From Camelus ferus (taxonomy: Eukaryota), in assembly GCF_009834535.1 (NCBI RefSeq), contig NC_045696.1:106704001-106768000 (forward strand): a stretch of DNA of 64,000 nt, in the 5' to 3' direction. The position numbers and the translations under genes were made by a program. Below the pieces are notes generated by a model. The model worked only from the letters and a program-made list of their open reading frames with translations. It ran no database searches and was not told where the DNA came from. Shown here in pieces: positions 26,050 to 38,934 of this stretch (the first letter of the stretch is position 1; the number at the start of each line of letters is the position of its first letter).

Positions 26050-26230
26050 AGCCCAGGGGCAGGACTGAAATAGCTTCAGAGGTCAGACAGACCATGTACA
26101 TGGTATCTGACACGTGGTCTCATGTTAGAGGAAAAAAAGAAAAGCTGTTGTGGACTCTGGAGAGTTAGACACACATCCCATGTCAAGGGGGTGATGCTAC
26201 TCAGACCCCGTTAGTCTTCCCAGGCAGGTA
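26050..26230 (+). mobile_element. MER102-like hAT fragment
   Basis: TGTGGACTCTGGAGAG...CCCATGTCAAGGGGGTGATGCTACTCAG is similar to the copy at 22259-22495. Confidence 0.5.
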
Positions 26231-26530
26231 TTCTTTTCCAGAATTTCTTAGAATATGTATATGTTTCTCTGAGTCCTGAGTCCAGAGAAAAATCTGTCAA
26301 AAAATCAGGAGGATAAGAAAAAGTGTTATAATTCTTTGGCAGGTGTTAAAGTTTAACAATCAACACAGAGATACAACTGATTCAAAGAAATCCATTTTTG
26401 TTAAGTTGAAAAATGAGCAGGAAATGCTGGCATGTGGAATTGAGGGTTGTGTGTGGGTTAGTGGCCTTGTCTGCTGCTCACAGTGAATCAGTTTTACAAA
26501 TAAAATAAATATTAACTTTATGTGTATTGT

Positions 26531-26783
26531 CAGACATAGAAAACAAACTTATGGTTACTAAAGGGGAAGGAGGGGGAGAGATAAATTAGGAGTTTGATAT
26601 AAACTACTATATACAAAATAGATAAACAACATCCTACATAGAGCACAGGAAACTATATTCAGCAGCTTGTAATAACCTATAATGAAAAAGGATATAAATA
26701 TATTTATAACTGAATCACTATGCTGTACATCAGAAACTAACACATTATAAATGAACTATACTTCAATAAAAAATTTAAAATAA
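26531..26783 (+). mobile_element. Cetartiodactyl-type L1 3' end with poly(A) signal
   Basis: CAGACATAGAAAACAAACTTATGGTTAC...AACTGAATCACTATGCTGTACA...TATACTTCAATAAAAAA. Flanks AACTTTATGTGTATTGT / AAATTTCTGTGTTGT resemble a diverged TSD. Confidence 0.9.
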
Positions 26784-27342
26784 ATTTCTGTGTTGTATAC
26801 TTATTACAAATCCCATAAATGGTGTTCTAAAAAAAGAATAAGTTTGGAACAAAGGCAGCTCTTAAATTGCTAATTTTGACATACGATTCTGTGTGGTGTT
26901 GGTAACCTTGCTAGGAGGTCAGTTTGAATACTACCAGTGATTTTCCCTGCTCTTTACCAATGTTTATTAGAGCCGACATTTATGTGTAAATACTGCTAAG
27001 CTTAACACTTACTATTTATTTAACAAAATGCTTTAGAATAGCCACAATAATAAGCAATGATTTTGAAGAACTGTGAAAATATTTAAAGAATATGTATGAT
27101 TTAAAGGAAATATTTGAGAATTCCCAGGGATTCTGATTTCTCCTATTCCTGAATCCCAAAGATTAATATCTATGGTTAGTTCTGAAACCTCGATTCAGCT
27201 GATTATTGCCAGATGGACTAAAGGGTGGACCTAGTGCTGTTGGCTCTCTCTCTTGACTTTACAAGAGAAGTTAGAAATATGGACATTTATGTAAAATGTT
27301 AAATCAAAATAATTTACAGTGTCAAATTTTTATGATTTAAGC

Positions 27343-27832
27343 TGTTGATCTCATCAGCTTAAAGAAAAACACATGCCATGAGGTTGTGAATTTAAGTTTT
27401 ATTCAGGGTCTTATTGAGGACTATAGCCTGGGAGGTAGCCACTCGGTAGCTCTGAGTAAATTGTTCTGAAGAGGTAGGGGAGGAGCCAGTATAGGTATAT
27501 ATGAATTTGTTGGCTAGGAAGTACATGCAGTTAAGCATACATTTTGGTAAAGGATTACCGCTGCTGATCACAAAGAACAGATATCTCAAGTTAATGATTT
27601 TAGTGCCTTTCTATGTATGGGAAGATGTAAGGATCTAAGGTCATGAAATTCCTCCTGTGATATGCATCTAACTATCTAGGAGCCCTTTGATCCAAAGCCC
27701 AAAGTGTCTTATCCTGGTTTGCATCCTGAATTCCTCTCAAGGGTGTACTGTCGGTGAGTGACTGCAGTGGGTTGCGACTTAATCCTTATGGAGCTGGGTG
27801 ATGGGTGACACACTATGTCTTAGTTGTTTACA
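27343..27832 (-). mobile_element. ERV1 solo LTR (MER41-family-like)
   Basis: TGTT...TACA termini, about 490 bp, antisense AATAAA (TTTATT near 27400), and CAAGTTAATGATTTTAGTGC...TATGTATGGGAAGATG, which I recall from artiodactyl MER41-like LTRs. Confidence 0.78.
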
Positions 27833-29419
27833 ATTTCAACTTTTCCTCCACTTAGTACATCTTTTCCCTCTCCACGCGCACAACCCTCCAGACAAAATCC
27901 TTCCCATCTTTCAATCCCTTTCCTCTCAGCTGTCACCCCCTTTAGGCAGGCTTCCACCTCTCAACCTTTAGAGCTCACTGGGCCATTTCTGTGGCCCCCC
28001 TGGGCATTGCTGATATTTGGGTCCACATCTAATAGCAGAATTTAGATTCTTACCTGGCTGGAACTGTCCTGCCTTCATATCTGATAACCCAGAGACCCGC
28101 ACACTGCAGGGACTCAATAATTATTTGAGTAAATGGGTGAAAGAACATACCAGGCTTCTGGACTATAAGCCCACAAATCCTAGATCCTGAGCCCCCCAGG
28201 ACTTATCATCAGACAACATATAATATTTCAATCAGTGGCCACTTCCAGGGAATGAAGGTTGGCCAAAGGCCAAACAAGGAATCGCAATTAGCAAGTTCAT
28301 GAATATCTTGTTTACATTTCAAACAAGCTCATAGCTTGGTTTCTGTATCTAAAGGATTGTGCTTTATTTATAGACCATTAATGACTATTAATAAGTGGAA
28401 TTGTGGTTGAAATTCACAAATGTTACGATTGGAGAACAAACTCAGTCCACCCTGTTGTATGGAAATTACTCTGATTAGAGCATAATGGCTAACTAAAGAG
28501 TTATTTGTCTCTTCAATTGCAGGGCAGAGAAGGGTAATGAGTTTCCTGGCTCAGGCTCCATTCTTCTAGGAGTCAGTAGGAGGGAACTTTTGGTCTTTAG
28601 ACACAATGGTCCAGTTGTTAAGAAGTCTCAGCTGACTTCCCATGAACCCACCTCTCTGGACCCTCTCCCTTTGGGGACAGGGAGTTGTGTTTCTCTCACA
28701 TCTATCACAGAGCCTTGAACTTAGTGGGTGTTTAATGAACGTTGGAAAGAATTCCAGATTCTTATGTTTTCACTCCCACTTATTTGCATCAAGCATTTAC
28801 TATGCCCATACTGACTATTAAATGCTAGGGATACAGAGAGAAATAGTAGACGTCCTTTCCTTTAGAAAGCTCACATTCCTATCTGGGAACAGATGGATGA
28901 ACACATGGTGGTATATAAGTCAGCGAGGTGAATTAGGAAAGCGGAGGACCTCATAATGTCAGGCATACCCCGCTCTATCTTGTACGTAACTTTAATGGGA
29001 CCTTCAACTACTCTGAACTAGAGTTTGTTTTCTCATTCGTTTCCTGCACTACACCGTGAGCAACTTAAGGGGAGAGAATGTACCTTATATAGTAGGCTTT
29101 CCATAAGAGTTGAGTGATGAATGAATAAGTGGGAGTGTCACAGACCTCTGCCTGCAAGCTCCCAGTGCTTGCAGAGAATGGAAGATGCATAACAGCCCTC
29201 CTGGAAGTCTAATGGGGATTGTGTGTCGGTGGGTCTATCAGAGAAGCTTCAGGGACCACTGCTCAGTCAGAAAATTGGACATGGCCTGTAGCGTGCTGTA
29301 AGGTGTGCACCTCCAGACGGGGAGTCCCGACCTGAAATGCCTCAGCGTCAGTTTCTCTCCCAACACCCTAGTGACTCTGTGATGGTTGTGTGCTGAAGCC
29401 CTTCCACTTCTGACTCTGG

Positions 29420-29735
29420 TCAGATCAAGTATCCAAGCTGGTGAAGCTCAGGACAAGGTTTTGGAGCCAGAAGGATCATGTGAGCTGGAGTTGCTTACTT
29501 TTCATCTTCCCTTGTTGCCTGAAGAAAACCATTTGCAATGGGAAGGAATGAGGTCAGCAAACAAAGAAAAGCAGGGTCCGGAGTTGGCTCCCTGATAACA
29601 TTGTTCCTGGACCTGGGTGTGCCTGAAAATAGCTAGCCTTTGGATTCTTCAGTGAAGGTAACCTGTAAATTCTTCCCCCTCCTTTTTTTTTTTTTTTTTT
29701 TTTTTTTTGGTTTGAACTTCTATCTTCTGCAACGT
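29420..29735 (+). mobile_element. MaLR LTR fragment (old MLT1-like) with a poly-T expansion
   Basis: CCTGATAACATTGTT...TGTGCCTGAA...TAAATTC...TGCAAC resembles the MLT1 U5. Confidence 0.6.
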
Positions 29736-30389
29736 TTTAGAAAATACCAGTCTAGGTAAAGGCCCTGTGCTTTGGAGTGAGACAAATCTGGTTTCAAACT
29801 CTGACCACTGCATTGTTGAGTCTCTCTATTACAGCAGCTCCGCCTCGAACTAAATCCACCAAGTGAAAACGGATTCTGGTTGGAAGTGAGGTGGTAGCAG
29901 AGGACAGAAAGAAGGAGCTAGATTTGAGTGCTTTTGAGGAGTTAGAATCAATAGGACATGGGGTAGTTTATTATATGTGTGACAGTCAAGGGGTCGGGGG
30001 AGGGGTTGAGGAGAAGTGGTGGTTTCTGGCCTGAGTGACTGGTGGGTGGTGAGACCCAGGACTAGCTCCGTGGGCTTGTTTCGTATGCTCCTGATAGGCC
30101 CCTGTTCTGGCAAACTTTCAGGTGGACTACTTTCCTCCTTCCATTCTCTGAAGGCAGAATGAGCTTGAGGAGTCAGAGTTCTGAGAGACCCATGACATTC
30201 TTGCTCTTTCATCCATTCATTCGACTCTTATGGAATGCCTACTGGGTACTGGCTCGAGCGGCCACTAGGACACAGAATTGATTAAAGCACATCCTCTGCC
30301 TATCAGTTACTCACAGCGTAGTGGGGTCAACTGATGAGAACACAATAAATTTCAATAGCAGAGAGGTTGAAGAGCTTGACTGAAGTCAC

Positions 30390-30512
30390 ACAGGGCCTCC
30401 CACTTGGTTTAATGCTCCGCTATTGCTGTCTTGAATATCCCAACAGCTTTTGAATGGGGGCACCACATTTTCGTTTTGCGCTGGCCCCCAGAAATTATGT
30501 AGCCAGTTCTAG
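30390..30512. mobile_element. Short hAT element (MER53-like)
   Basis: CTTGGTTTAATGCTC...CATTTTCGTTTTGCGCTGGCCCCCAGAAATTATGTAGCCAG. Confidence 0.55.
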
Positions 30513-31159
30513 TGGAAGGACATGATGGCAGGGGAAGAACGTAGGGGTGACAGATACTGGATGTGGTTTGGAAGTCTAAAGGTGGAGGCTGACAGAAGTG
30601 GTCTGGGATGGAGGGGTGAGAAGAAAGGGCAGCAGTGGGTGTGGTCAGACTTCTAGAATCTGAGGGGCAAGAGTTGTAAATTTCTTGTGGGCCAAGTGGG
30701 ATGTGGAACCCCTCAGCTTTTGTAATGGAAACATAGAGATCAAAACCCCCTTGGCTCCCAGGATTTCTTCCTCGAGTTTCTGAAGACCCCACGGACACAT
30801 AACCAGACGTGTTTACAGGAGGCATAGCAAGAGACCGAGGACAAAGACAAGACAACTTTCCGGATGGAGGTTTCCAGAATGAAGGCTAATATTCTCAATA
30901 TCTTGCTCCTCCAGATGCTGTGAAAGGAGCAGAAATGACTGCTCTTAATCTGCTGCTGTATTCCTTGGCAGATAATATTTTGTTTGTTTGTTTTTGTTCC
31001 AGAAATTTGACAGTTTGACTGTAGATACTCTATCTCTCTGGCAACAGGGCTGGAAGCAGTGCTGTGCAGCTTACTGGGGGAGTGTCCAATATTTTATCTT
31101 GAGAATTAAAAAAAAAGACTTTTGATTGATCTAATTTGTGAGCCAGAACATTTCGAGGC

Positions 31160-31310
31160 ATTGTGCAAAGGGTCCCGGCTTTGGAGTCAGACATCTCAGG
31201 TTCAAGTCCATATTGTACCAGTTGCAAGCTGAGTGAACTCGAGCAAGTCTCGGAGCATGTTTCCTTACCTGTGACAGATGCAAACCTTGCAGGGTGTGGG
31301 AGGATTGGAA
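31160..31310 (+). mobile_element. MIR SINE
   Basis: GGCTTTGGAGTCAGACA...GGTTCAAGTCC head plus a decayed core. Confidence 0.7.
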
Positions 31311-32653
31311 GCGAGAGGGCAGAAGGTTGAGTGGTTGTCAGAGCTGGGAAGATGGCTGATACATTTTAAGAGATCTGAGAAGGGCTTGCTAAGAGGTGGC
31401 CAAACTGATGTAGTAACTGTCTCCTCCAATAGATGCATTGAGGGGGAATCTTGGAAGGGAATTTGTAGACACAGAAGATGCAGAGGAAAGGGTCAGGAGT
31501 GCTTTCCTCCTACCTCTGCCAAGTGCGGACCAACCCAAAAGAATGACTTAGCGAGATCAAGGGTGCTGAAGAGAAGGGGAGACACTCATTTCACTCCTTG
31601 TGCTGCTGGCAGAGTCTGGCTTGAGAGGTTTCTTGGGAGACCCTCACAGATCACCTGAAGTTCAAGGGGCTTGGAAAGTGCTTGGAGAGAGGGCAGCCAA
31701 GGGGAGACTTTCACTTCACTTGGTGGCCCAGAGTTAGTGAGCTTCATTATGGGCTATGAAGATGCCTCAGTTGGTGACCAGGCAAGAGTTGTCTTGAAGA
31801 GCTAGAGAGCTGGCAAGAGAGCTATCTTCTGAAAAGGGAGTTCATTGAACATCTCAGGGCTTTATCATTGAAGCAAGAACTTAGGATGTTTGCAAAGAGA
31901 TCATCAGCTTCATCAGGAAAGGAGACAGTGTGTGAGTCCTCACCTGTGTTATGGGCACTCTGTGAAAGATGAGCAGGATTTGGGAAGGACACTAAGAACC
32001 AAAAGAGATTTACCAATGGTCCCACCTAAGGTAGAAGAATATTTACCTGTGTTTTCTCTAATTCCTCCTCCCTGATCTGACCCCAGGGAGGTTAGATGGT
32101 AGAGGGAGTTGGAGCAAAGAAAAACTAAAAAAATCAGAGCTTGGACCTGAACTTAGGCTTGGTGGGCTGGGAGGTAGAAGAAAAGATATAAATGAAATAA
32201 CACTTAAGTTGCACTAAAGATTTTATTTAAATGAGACTTGACTTTTTTCTTTTTACTTTTAATTGTGGAAAATTTCAAACATATACAAAAATTGAGTAAA
32301 GAGTATCATAAGCTTTCAAGTACTTACCTCCCAGCTTCTATAATTATCAATTTGTGGCCAATCTTGTTTCATTCATAATCCTAACCACTACCCATCTCCC
32401 GTACTATTTTGTAGCAATTCCTAGACATCATACCATTTCATCTTATAAAGTTTTCAAGTATGTCTAACATATAAGGACTCTATTTAAGCATTACTACAAT
32501 ATCATTACTACACCAAAATATTTGACAGTAATTCCCTAATGTCATCAAATGTCCAGTCAGTGTTTAAATGTCTCCATTTGTCTCATAATATTTTTTTATA
32601 GTGAGTTTAAATTAGGATCCAAAGTTCATATGTTGCATTTGGCTTATGGTCCT

Positions 32654-33080
32654 TGTATTGGTTTCCTAGGTCTGCTGAAAGAAAGTACCACAAACTCGGT
32701 GCCTGTAACAACAGAAATTTATTCTCTTGGAGTTTTGGAGGCTAGAAATATGAATTCAAGATGTTAGCAGGGCCCGGCTCTCTTGGAAGTTTTAGGGGAG
32801 GATCCTTCCTTGCCTCTTGCAGCTTCCAGCCTGTAGCCCCAGGTTTACCTTGGCTTTGACAGCTTCAAATCTCTACCTCTATCTTTATGTAGCTGTCTTC
32901 ACTCTGTGGGTCTCTGTCTCTGTGTCTCTTCTCGTAAGGACACAGTCATTGGATGAGGGGCCTACTCATTTTAACTTGAGTATATTGCAAAGAGCCTATT
33001 TCCAAATAAGGTCATATTCACAGGCACCATGGGTTAGGACGTCAATGTATCTTTTTTTGGTAAACACCTTTTTAACCTAT
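32654..33080 (-). mobile_element. MaLR solo LTR (MLT1)
   Basis: TGTATTGGTTTCCTAGG...TACCACAAACT...ACAACAGAAATTTATTCTC...GGAGGCTAGAA is the antisense MLT1 3' end. Confidence 0.85.
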
Positions 33081-33094
33081 AATAATTAAAAAAA

Positions 33095-33225
33095 ATTTTT
33101 TTAATTGAAGTATAGTCAGTTTACAATGTTGTGTTAATTTCTGGGTACAATATAGTGATTCAGTTATATACATATATATAGTGCTTTTCATATTCTTTTT
33201 TAATAATAGTCTTTTAAGATGTTTT
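33095..33225 (-). mobile_element. Cetartiodactyl-type L1 3' end
   Basis: TTTTTTAATTGAAGTATAGTCAGTTTACAATGTTGTGTTAATTTCTG...GTGATTCAGTTATA; same family as 26531-26783. Confidence 0.85.
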
Positions 33226-33679
33226 AATCTATTAATTTCCCATCCTTCTTCCCCCACCCCTTGAAATTCTTCTGTTAAAGAAACTGAGTCATATGTTCCG
33301 CAGAGTTCCTCAGAGCCTGAATATTCCTATGCATTTTCATAGTGTTATTTAGCACATCTCTCTAAACTACATTTTAGATCTAGAAGCTTGATCTTGATAC
33401 AAATTTGATTTTTCTCAAGAATCAAAGTGTTGTATTACAGATCAACTGTTCTAATACAGATGTTGCAGGCTTCCATTAGGTGACATCTAACTTTTAGTTT
33501 GGACTGGACTTTTTAATATCAGAAAGTAAGAATGTTAATATGTGAAAGTGACTAGTAAACTATAGCATTTGCCTGTGATGTCGCCCAGAAGCTGAGAAGG
33601 GAAGTTCTGGGTGTGAGGGAAGTGGTACAAAAAGAAGAAAGTTGTTTCTGGACCACACCACACTTTAATCATAATATAG

Positions 33680-33905
33680 AGCAAATGCTCTCCTGTAAGA
33701 ATGCTTGGGTTTGAATTACCAAGCTCCACTGTTTACTCTCTGTGTGATCTTAAGCAAGCAATTTAACCTCTGTGTCTCAGTTTTGTCATCTGTGAGATGG
33801 AGATAATTAGAGGTTATTGGGAGGATCGAATGAATTAATATAAAACATTTAAGACAGAGCCCAGCACATAGTAAGTACTATATGTGTTTTTTATTATTAT
33901 TGGTA
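33680..33905 (+). mobile_element. MIR SINE
   Basis: CTCAGTTTTGTCATCTGTGAGATGG core plus the CAGCACATAGTAAGT tail. Confidence 0.88.
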
Positions 33906-34501
33906 GTATTGGGGTAGCTATCGTTGTTGTTGTTAATATGCCTGGTGTTAGCCAAATGCTATTCATATAAAGATTTTTATAAAGTTTCATATAAAACGAT
34001 ATTGATGGCCCTGGTAGGACCCATGGTGAATTGTAGCTGTCAAATCCACTCTTTGGCTAAATAGTGAGGAGGGACGTTAGAGAAGCTTACCTCTTTTTCT
34101 CATCTCTTTTTAATTTTCCTTCTATCCCCTCCCTTCCTCCCTCCAACATCTTTTCTAATTGCTAACATTCCTGGACAGGGCCTGACGTAGTGTGGAAGGG
34201 GTCTTGCCCATTGGACCAAGGTTCCCACCTCAACTCCTCTTTAATCTCCGTGAGTGCTCTTGAGTAAATCTGGGCATCCCTGTGTCTTTGTCCTTGTCGG
34301 CAACATGACAGAGCAGCATAATTTCCGTTCTAGAAGTTAAATGTTTCCTGCCTTATCAGAAAGCTTGTACAGATTCTCGCTCTGAACAGGACTCATGGGT
34401 GGACTAGGAAACCTGGATAGTCACCTTAGACATACATCGCTCCTTCCCCATGAAAATCTGGGTCTTTCTCATGTCTGACAACTTCTCTGCCCTCTTTCTA
34501 G

Positions 34502-34560
34502 GATGGCTCAGATCTCCACTTCAGGTTGATCATGACACTAAGACCTGGGAAGAAGAGGAG
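34502..34560 (+). other. Candidate 59-nt internal exon of an unidentified transcript
   Basis: Branch-like CTGAC at 34475-34479, pyrimidine tract CTTCTCTGCCCTCTTTCTAG ending at 34501, and donor GAG|GTAAGT at 34560/34561. Confidence 0.45.
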
Positions 34561-34619
34561 GTAAGTAGCCCACATAGTGATCGAGTCTGAATGCTAAAAA
34601 AAAGTGATTTCTAAAGCTC

Positions 34620-34812
34620 TTTACTTAAATGTATTTAACAAACACCTATGTTACATTTATCTTCTTCCAATCTTGGTTCAAAGTGCTTTGCAAATATTCA
34701 CTAATTTAATTCTTACAACGGTTCTCTGAGGTAGATACTAATGTTATTCTAATTTTACAGATATGGAAACTGAGATACATAGGTGTGTTAACATGTAAAG
34801 TCACACTGCTAA
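34620..34812 (-). mobile_element. MIR SINE
   Basis: ATTTTACAGATATGGAAACTGAG antisense core. Confidence 0.8.
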
Positions 34813-37224
34813 GGTCAAAGTATATTAAAAAAAAACAGTTTAAAATAGCTCATATAAAGTGGATATGTATCAAAATTGGACTCATTAAGGAGGGGACTGT
34901 CAGGATGGTAAAGATAGTTCAACAAGCATTTGGAAAACCGATATTTATATAATCAGTTGGGAAAGGCATGCTAAAGTAAGTTTGCTAAATTAGAGAAAAA
35001 ACTGGTTAACGTCTTACAGGGCAATAAAACTGTAACTTTTAGAGTTATCTTCTCTGTAAGACAAACTATTTGCATCTCTGCTAACAATTTATAAATTAGC
35101 ATATAACACAGAAAGTCTGGGTCTTAATCAATAAAATAAAAATAGTAATTCAAACAATGGTTGTTCTCCTGGAGAATTCAGCAGTCCTCTGGTCACCAGT
35201 TAGATGAGGCTCCAGTGTCACATCAGAAAGAGATGCACTTCTCCTTACGTCTCACATCCAAGTTTTGGATTCAAACCCAGCAGTTGGGTCATTAGAGCTC
35301 AAATGGGAACCACCACATGAAGTTGCATTTCTAACTGACAGGATTCCCCTCCCTAGTTAAGTCATGGCCCGTAAGAATGTGTATGGTATGAAAAAGAACG
35401 CTATTAGATTATATTATTTGATAATCTGAATATTGTAAAAGCCCACCCATCTCCAAAGACTTGTATTTTTAAGAAAACTCATTTCTCCTGTGACTCTCCC
35501 TTCTTTTCCATTTGGAGGGGAGAGGTAGAAGGGAGGGCGGGAAATCTGTTCCTGAGAAGATTAAATATTCTGCAAATTCATGTTGATCTCTGATTGGGAT
35601 GGAGGCTGGTTGTCTTGGAAGAAAATCTGGTGGCAGAGAATCTACCTAAGGGTCGCTCATGCCCTTCAAAGTGATCCTCTTCCATCTAGAGGAATGGGCA
35701 CTGACCTTTAGTTTCTTAAAAATATTTATTGTGATTATCTAAAAACATTGTCTAAACCACACATTGGTAAATAGTATAGAAGAAGTATCTTGTTGGCTGA
35801 GACTTGACTGGTGGGAGTATGGGTAGCTGATATGAGCATATAGAGAGTTGTGTAGTAAATATGGTGAATAATTTATTTCTAAGAAAAACAGAACCACTGA
35901 GTATCTTTCAATACGCTGCATTCCCTAGAGATTCTTTCAAAACCCAGACTCCTTGGTGATCTGCCCTTCATCAGCTTAGTTGTTTAATTCCTGCTGCCCT
36001 TTATTGATTCTGGCCATGTGTTATCTTAGTAAGAGTTGGTTTCTGTCAATTTCCTCTCACTCGTTACTGGGCCTGTATTTCAGATCTTCCATTTCCGTGG
36101 GTTTGTTTGGGACCCACCACCAGATTCACAAACTAATTATCCCTTCCTTGACTTCTCTGTTGCTAAGTGCCTAACAGAGAAAGGTAGGTCTCAGCAGGAG
36201 GGTAAATCACCCCCCACCACTCTTCACGGCTGCATTTCCGAGGGATCCTTGATTTCATATTATAATTTAGTTTAGAAAATGTTTTCTGACAGATGTGCAC
36301 ACAGACAAAAAGATATCCATCTTGTAGAGGCCTGGAAACCAAGGATATGGAATAAATTGATTAACTTAAGAGGGAAAAAAAATGAATAATAGGTGAAGAA
36401 AAGATTTGAGGAAATAACATAAAAGAGGAAATAGAAAAGATGTAACAGATGAAATTCATTGGCACAAGTTATAGGACTCTAAGCAAAAATACAGAAAGGC
36501 TTCTCTGTCCCTTGGTACCTAGGTAAATAGGTAGCAATAGTAAAAAATGTAAAATTAAAAAAAAAGTAAAAAAACAAAAAAAAAAGTAAAAAATATAAGA
36601 AAACAGGCAAGGGGTGAGCATGAGCCATTCCTCTTGCCTTGACCTGGGCTTTATTTATTTCTCATTCTAGTCATTGTTCATTTATTAATTCCATCACACA
36701 TTGGGCATCTGGGAATAATGCTAAATTTAGAAGAAAGTGATGAACCTCCTGCTTTCATAGAACTCATGGTTTGTTCTTTCTCACTGCGTTTTCCAGTTTG
36801 TCCCTGCTTGGTGGAAAATAATTATATAAGAATTGGTCAACAAAACCTATCATCGGGCTCAATAACTTCACTGAAATATTATATACATAGATGCAATTAC
36901 ATACATCTATGTGCACAGATATTTATAATATATAAATATATTTATAATATAGTGCTTTATAAAGTTGTAACCCTGTAATGATCTTTTATTGAATTACTGT
37001 TTCCATTTGCTTCCCATTAATTCATGCCATTAATCTCCTATGCTATGACCACTGAAAGGTCATGACTCATCTCCCAGTTGTCAGATGCAATGACCTTTTC
37101 CAGTTGTCCACCGTGCTTGAATAGGCGACCTGTACTAGAGGAAATATTTTCGGAGCATCTGACAGTGTTGAACACCCCTCCTTCCTCGACCTTCTCCCTT
37201 CCTTGTGTTCCTGTCCTGCGCAGG

Positions 37225-37410
37225 ATCATGGGCTTGAGTGTCAGGCCAAACTCACTTTGAATCCATGCTCTGCCACTTTCTGACTTTCTGATGGAGGAAG
37301 TAGCTCTGGGCCTCCGTTTGCTCATCCATAACATAGGAATGACTTGACTCCTGATCTCACCAGGCTTATAGGTGAAGATTAAATGAGATAACACATCTAA
37401 ACAAGGTAGT
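37225..37410 (+). mobile_element. MIR SINE
   Basis: TTGAATCCATGCTCTGCCACTT...GTGAAGATTAAATGAGATAA. Confidence 0.78.
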
Positions 37411-37964
37411 GAGACCTCTGGCTCAATCTCCTTTCTTCCCTCCAAGGGTGGCCTTTGTCTAGGTCCTTGAATTTGAGCCTCTGTCATCTCGGCCAACACC
37501 CTGTCTTTCTGATCCCCTCTCTTTCTGTGGCTTTGTTCCCCCTCTATGTGAATGAGAATGACTCCCCAACCATTATCTCTAACTGTAACCTCCAACCTGA
37601 GTCAGTCCCACCACACTACTCAGAGCACTCAGTACCAAAGAAAAGGACGCAACCTCCGTTTTTCAGAAACAACCTAGGATGGTGTGAGTGGGGTTCACTC
37701 CCTTGTACGATGGCAGAGGAGGGAAAACCAGGCTGAGTGGGATGGGCTCAAGCTAGGGGGGTCATCTGTCCCCATTTGCTCCAGTCAGTCCTGAGCAATG
37801 CATGTTGTCCCAGTATCCTGTCCAATGAGCATCCTCTCTCATTCTCACTCTCAGTAGAAAGAGAATGAATTATTTGGTCACTTTAGTTAAGTCTAATGTT
37901 TGAACATCAATGGTTGGTTGAGTTACCCTGTTTACTTGCTTTTTCATTTGTTTTTTTTTAACTC

Positions 37965-38310
37965 AGTGAATATTGAACTTTTCTTCTGGGGCCAGAGACC
38001 GGAACGACATGTGATCCCCACTCAGGAAATTCACAGTCCAGTGGATGGAACATGTAGTAAGGCAATGATTCTAGAATAGTGCAATCAGTGCTATGACAGG
38101 AGTTAACCCAGGATGCTACAGGAATGCAAAGTAAGGAGAGACAGACAAGACAGACAGACACAGCCTGAGGAGTATGTGAGGAGACCGAAGGGTACAGATG
38201 GATCTGGGTAGGAGATAGAAGGCTTTCCGAAAGAGGTTCCAGGAAATCACTGGCACTGTGAGGTTAATATATTGGACTAAGGGTTTAGGGAAGGGAGAGG
38301 GGGAAACGAT
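37965..38310 (-). mobile_element. LINE-2 3' fragment
   Basis: AACTCAGTGAATATTGAAC tail followed by the purine-rich L2 body. Confidence 0.55.
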
Positions 38311-38934
38311 TTGGGCATTTACAAAGATTGGGGTTTTACCCACATCACATGCAGGCTGCAGAGGCTCCTTTAGCAACAGAAAAAAAAAAAAATTGCCACA
38401 ACCCTAGGGAGGTCTCCTTCCCTTCACAAGTCCCTTCACTTCCTCCTGCTTGATAGCAATGCCCCCGAAGAGCTGCTTTGTAAAGAAAGGTTTAAAAATG
38501 GCCTTCCAATTAAGACATAATTTCCACACCATTTGGAATTTTTTGTTAATTTTTAAATGGAGTTTATCATTGAAGGGATTTTATTTTGCTAATTTCCTCT
38601 TAGAATAGGTGCAGCAAATGTCTTCGGCAATTCCTGGAGATGGTAGGGGGATGGGGTAACAAATGAGGTATTGGGCTCCAGATTAGCCACCATCTCCCCT
38701 GTGGGTAGAATACCATGAACTGGTGCTTTAGGGGCCACTTGTCAGCACGGCCCCAACAGCCTCCATGCCCACTACCCCTCGGACAGGCCTCCCATTAACC
38801 ATGGAGATACTTAGGGAGATGTTTGGGAAATGCTTTAATCCTAGTCAATGAGGATATATTTAGCTTGCAGCGGGCATGCAGTTTTCTTGATTGACATTTT
38901 GTGGAGTTTCAAATTTGTTGCCTTCACCAGACAG

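Larger units (their letters stand above)
32245..33420 (-). mobile_element. Old antisense L1 3' end hosting an MLT1 LTR and a younger L1 3' end
   Basis: TTTTAATTGTGGAAAATTTCAAACATATACAAAA is an antisense L1M terminus; L1M-like sequence resumes at about 33225. Confidence 0.65.

Noticed and set aside
37038..37595. 185-aa minus-strand ORF
   Set aside because: Runs through a MIR (WMSKRRPR is a typical antisense MIR translation) and has no recognisable domain.
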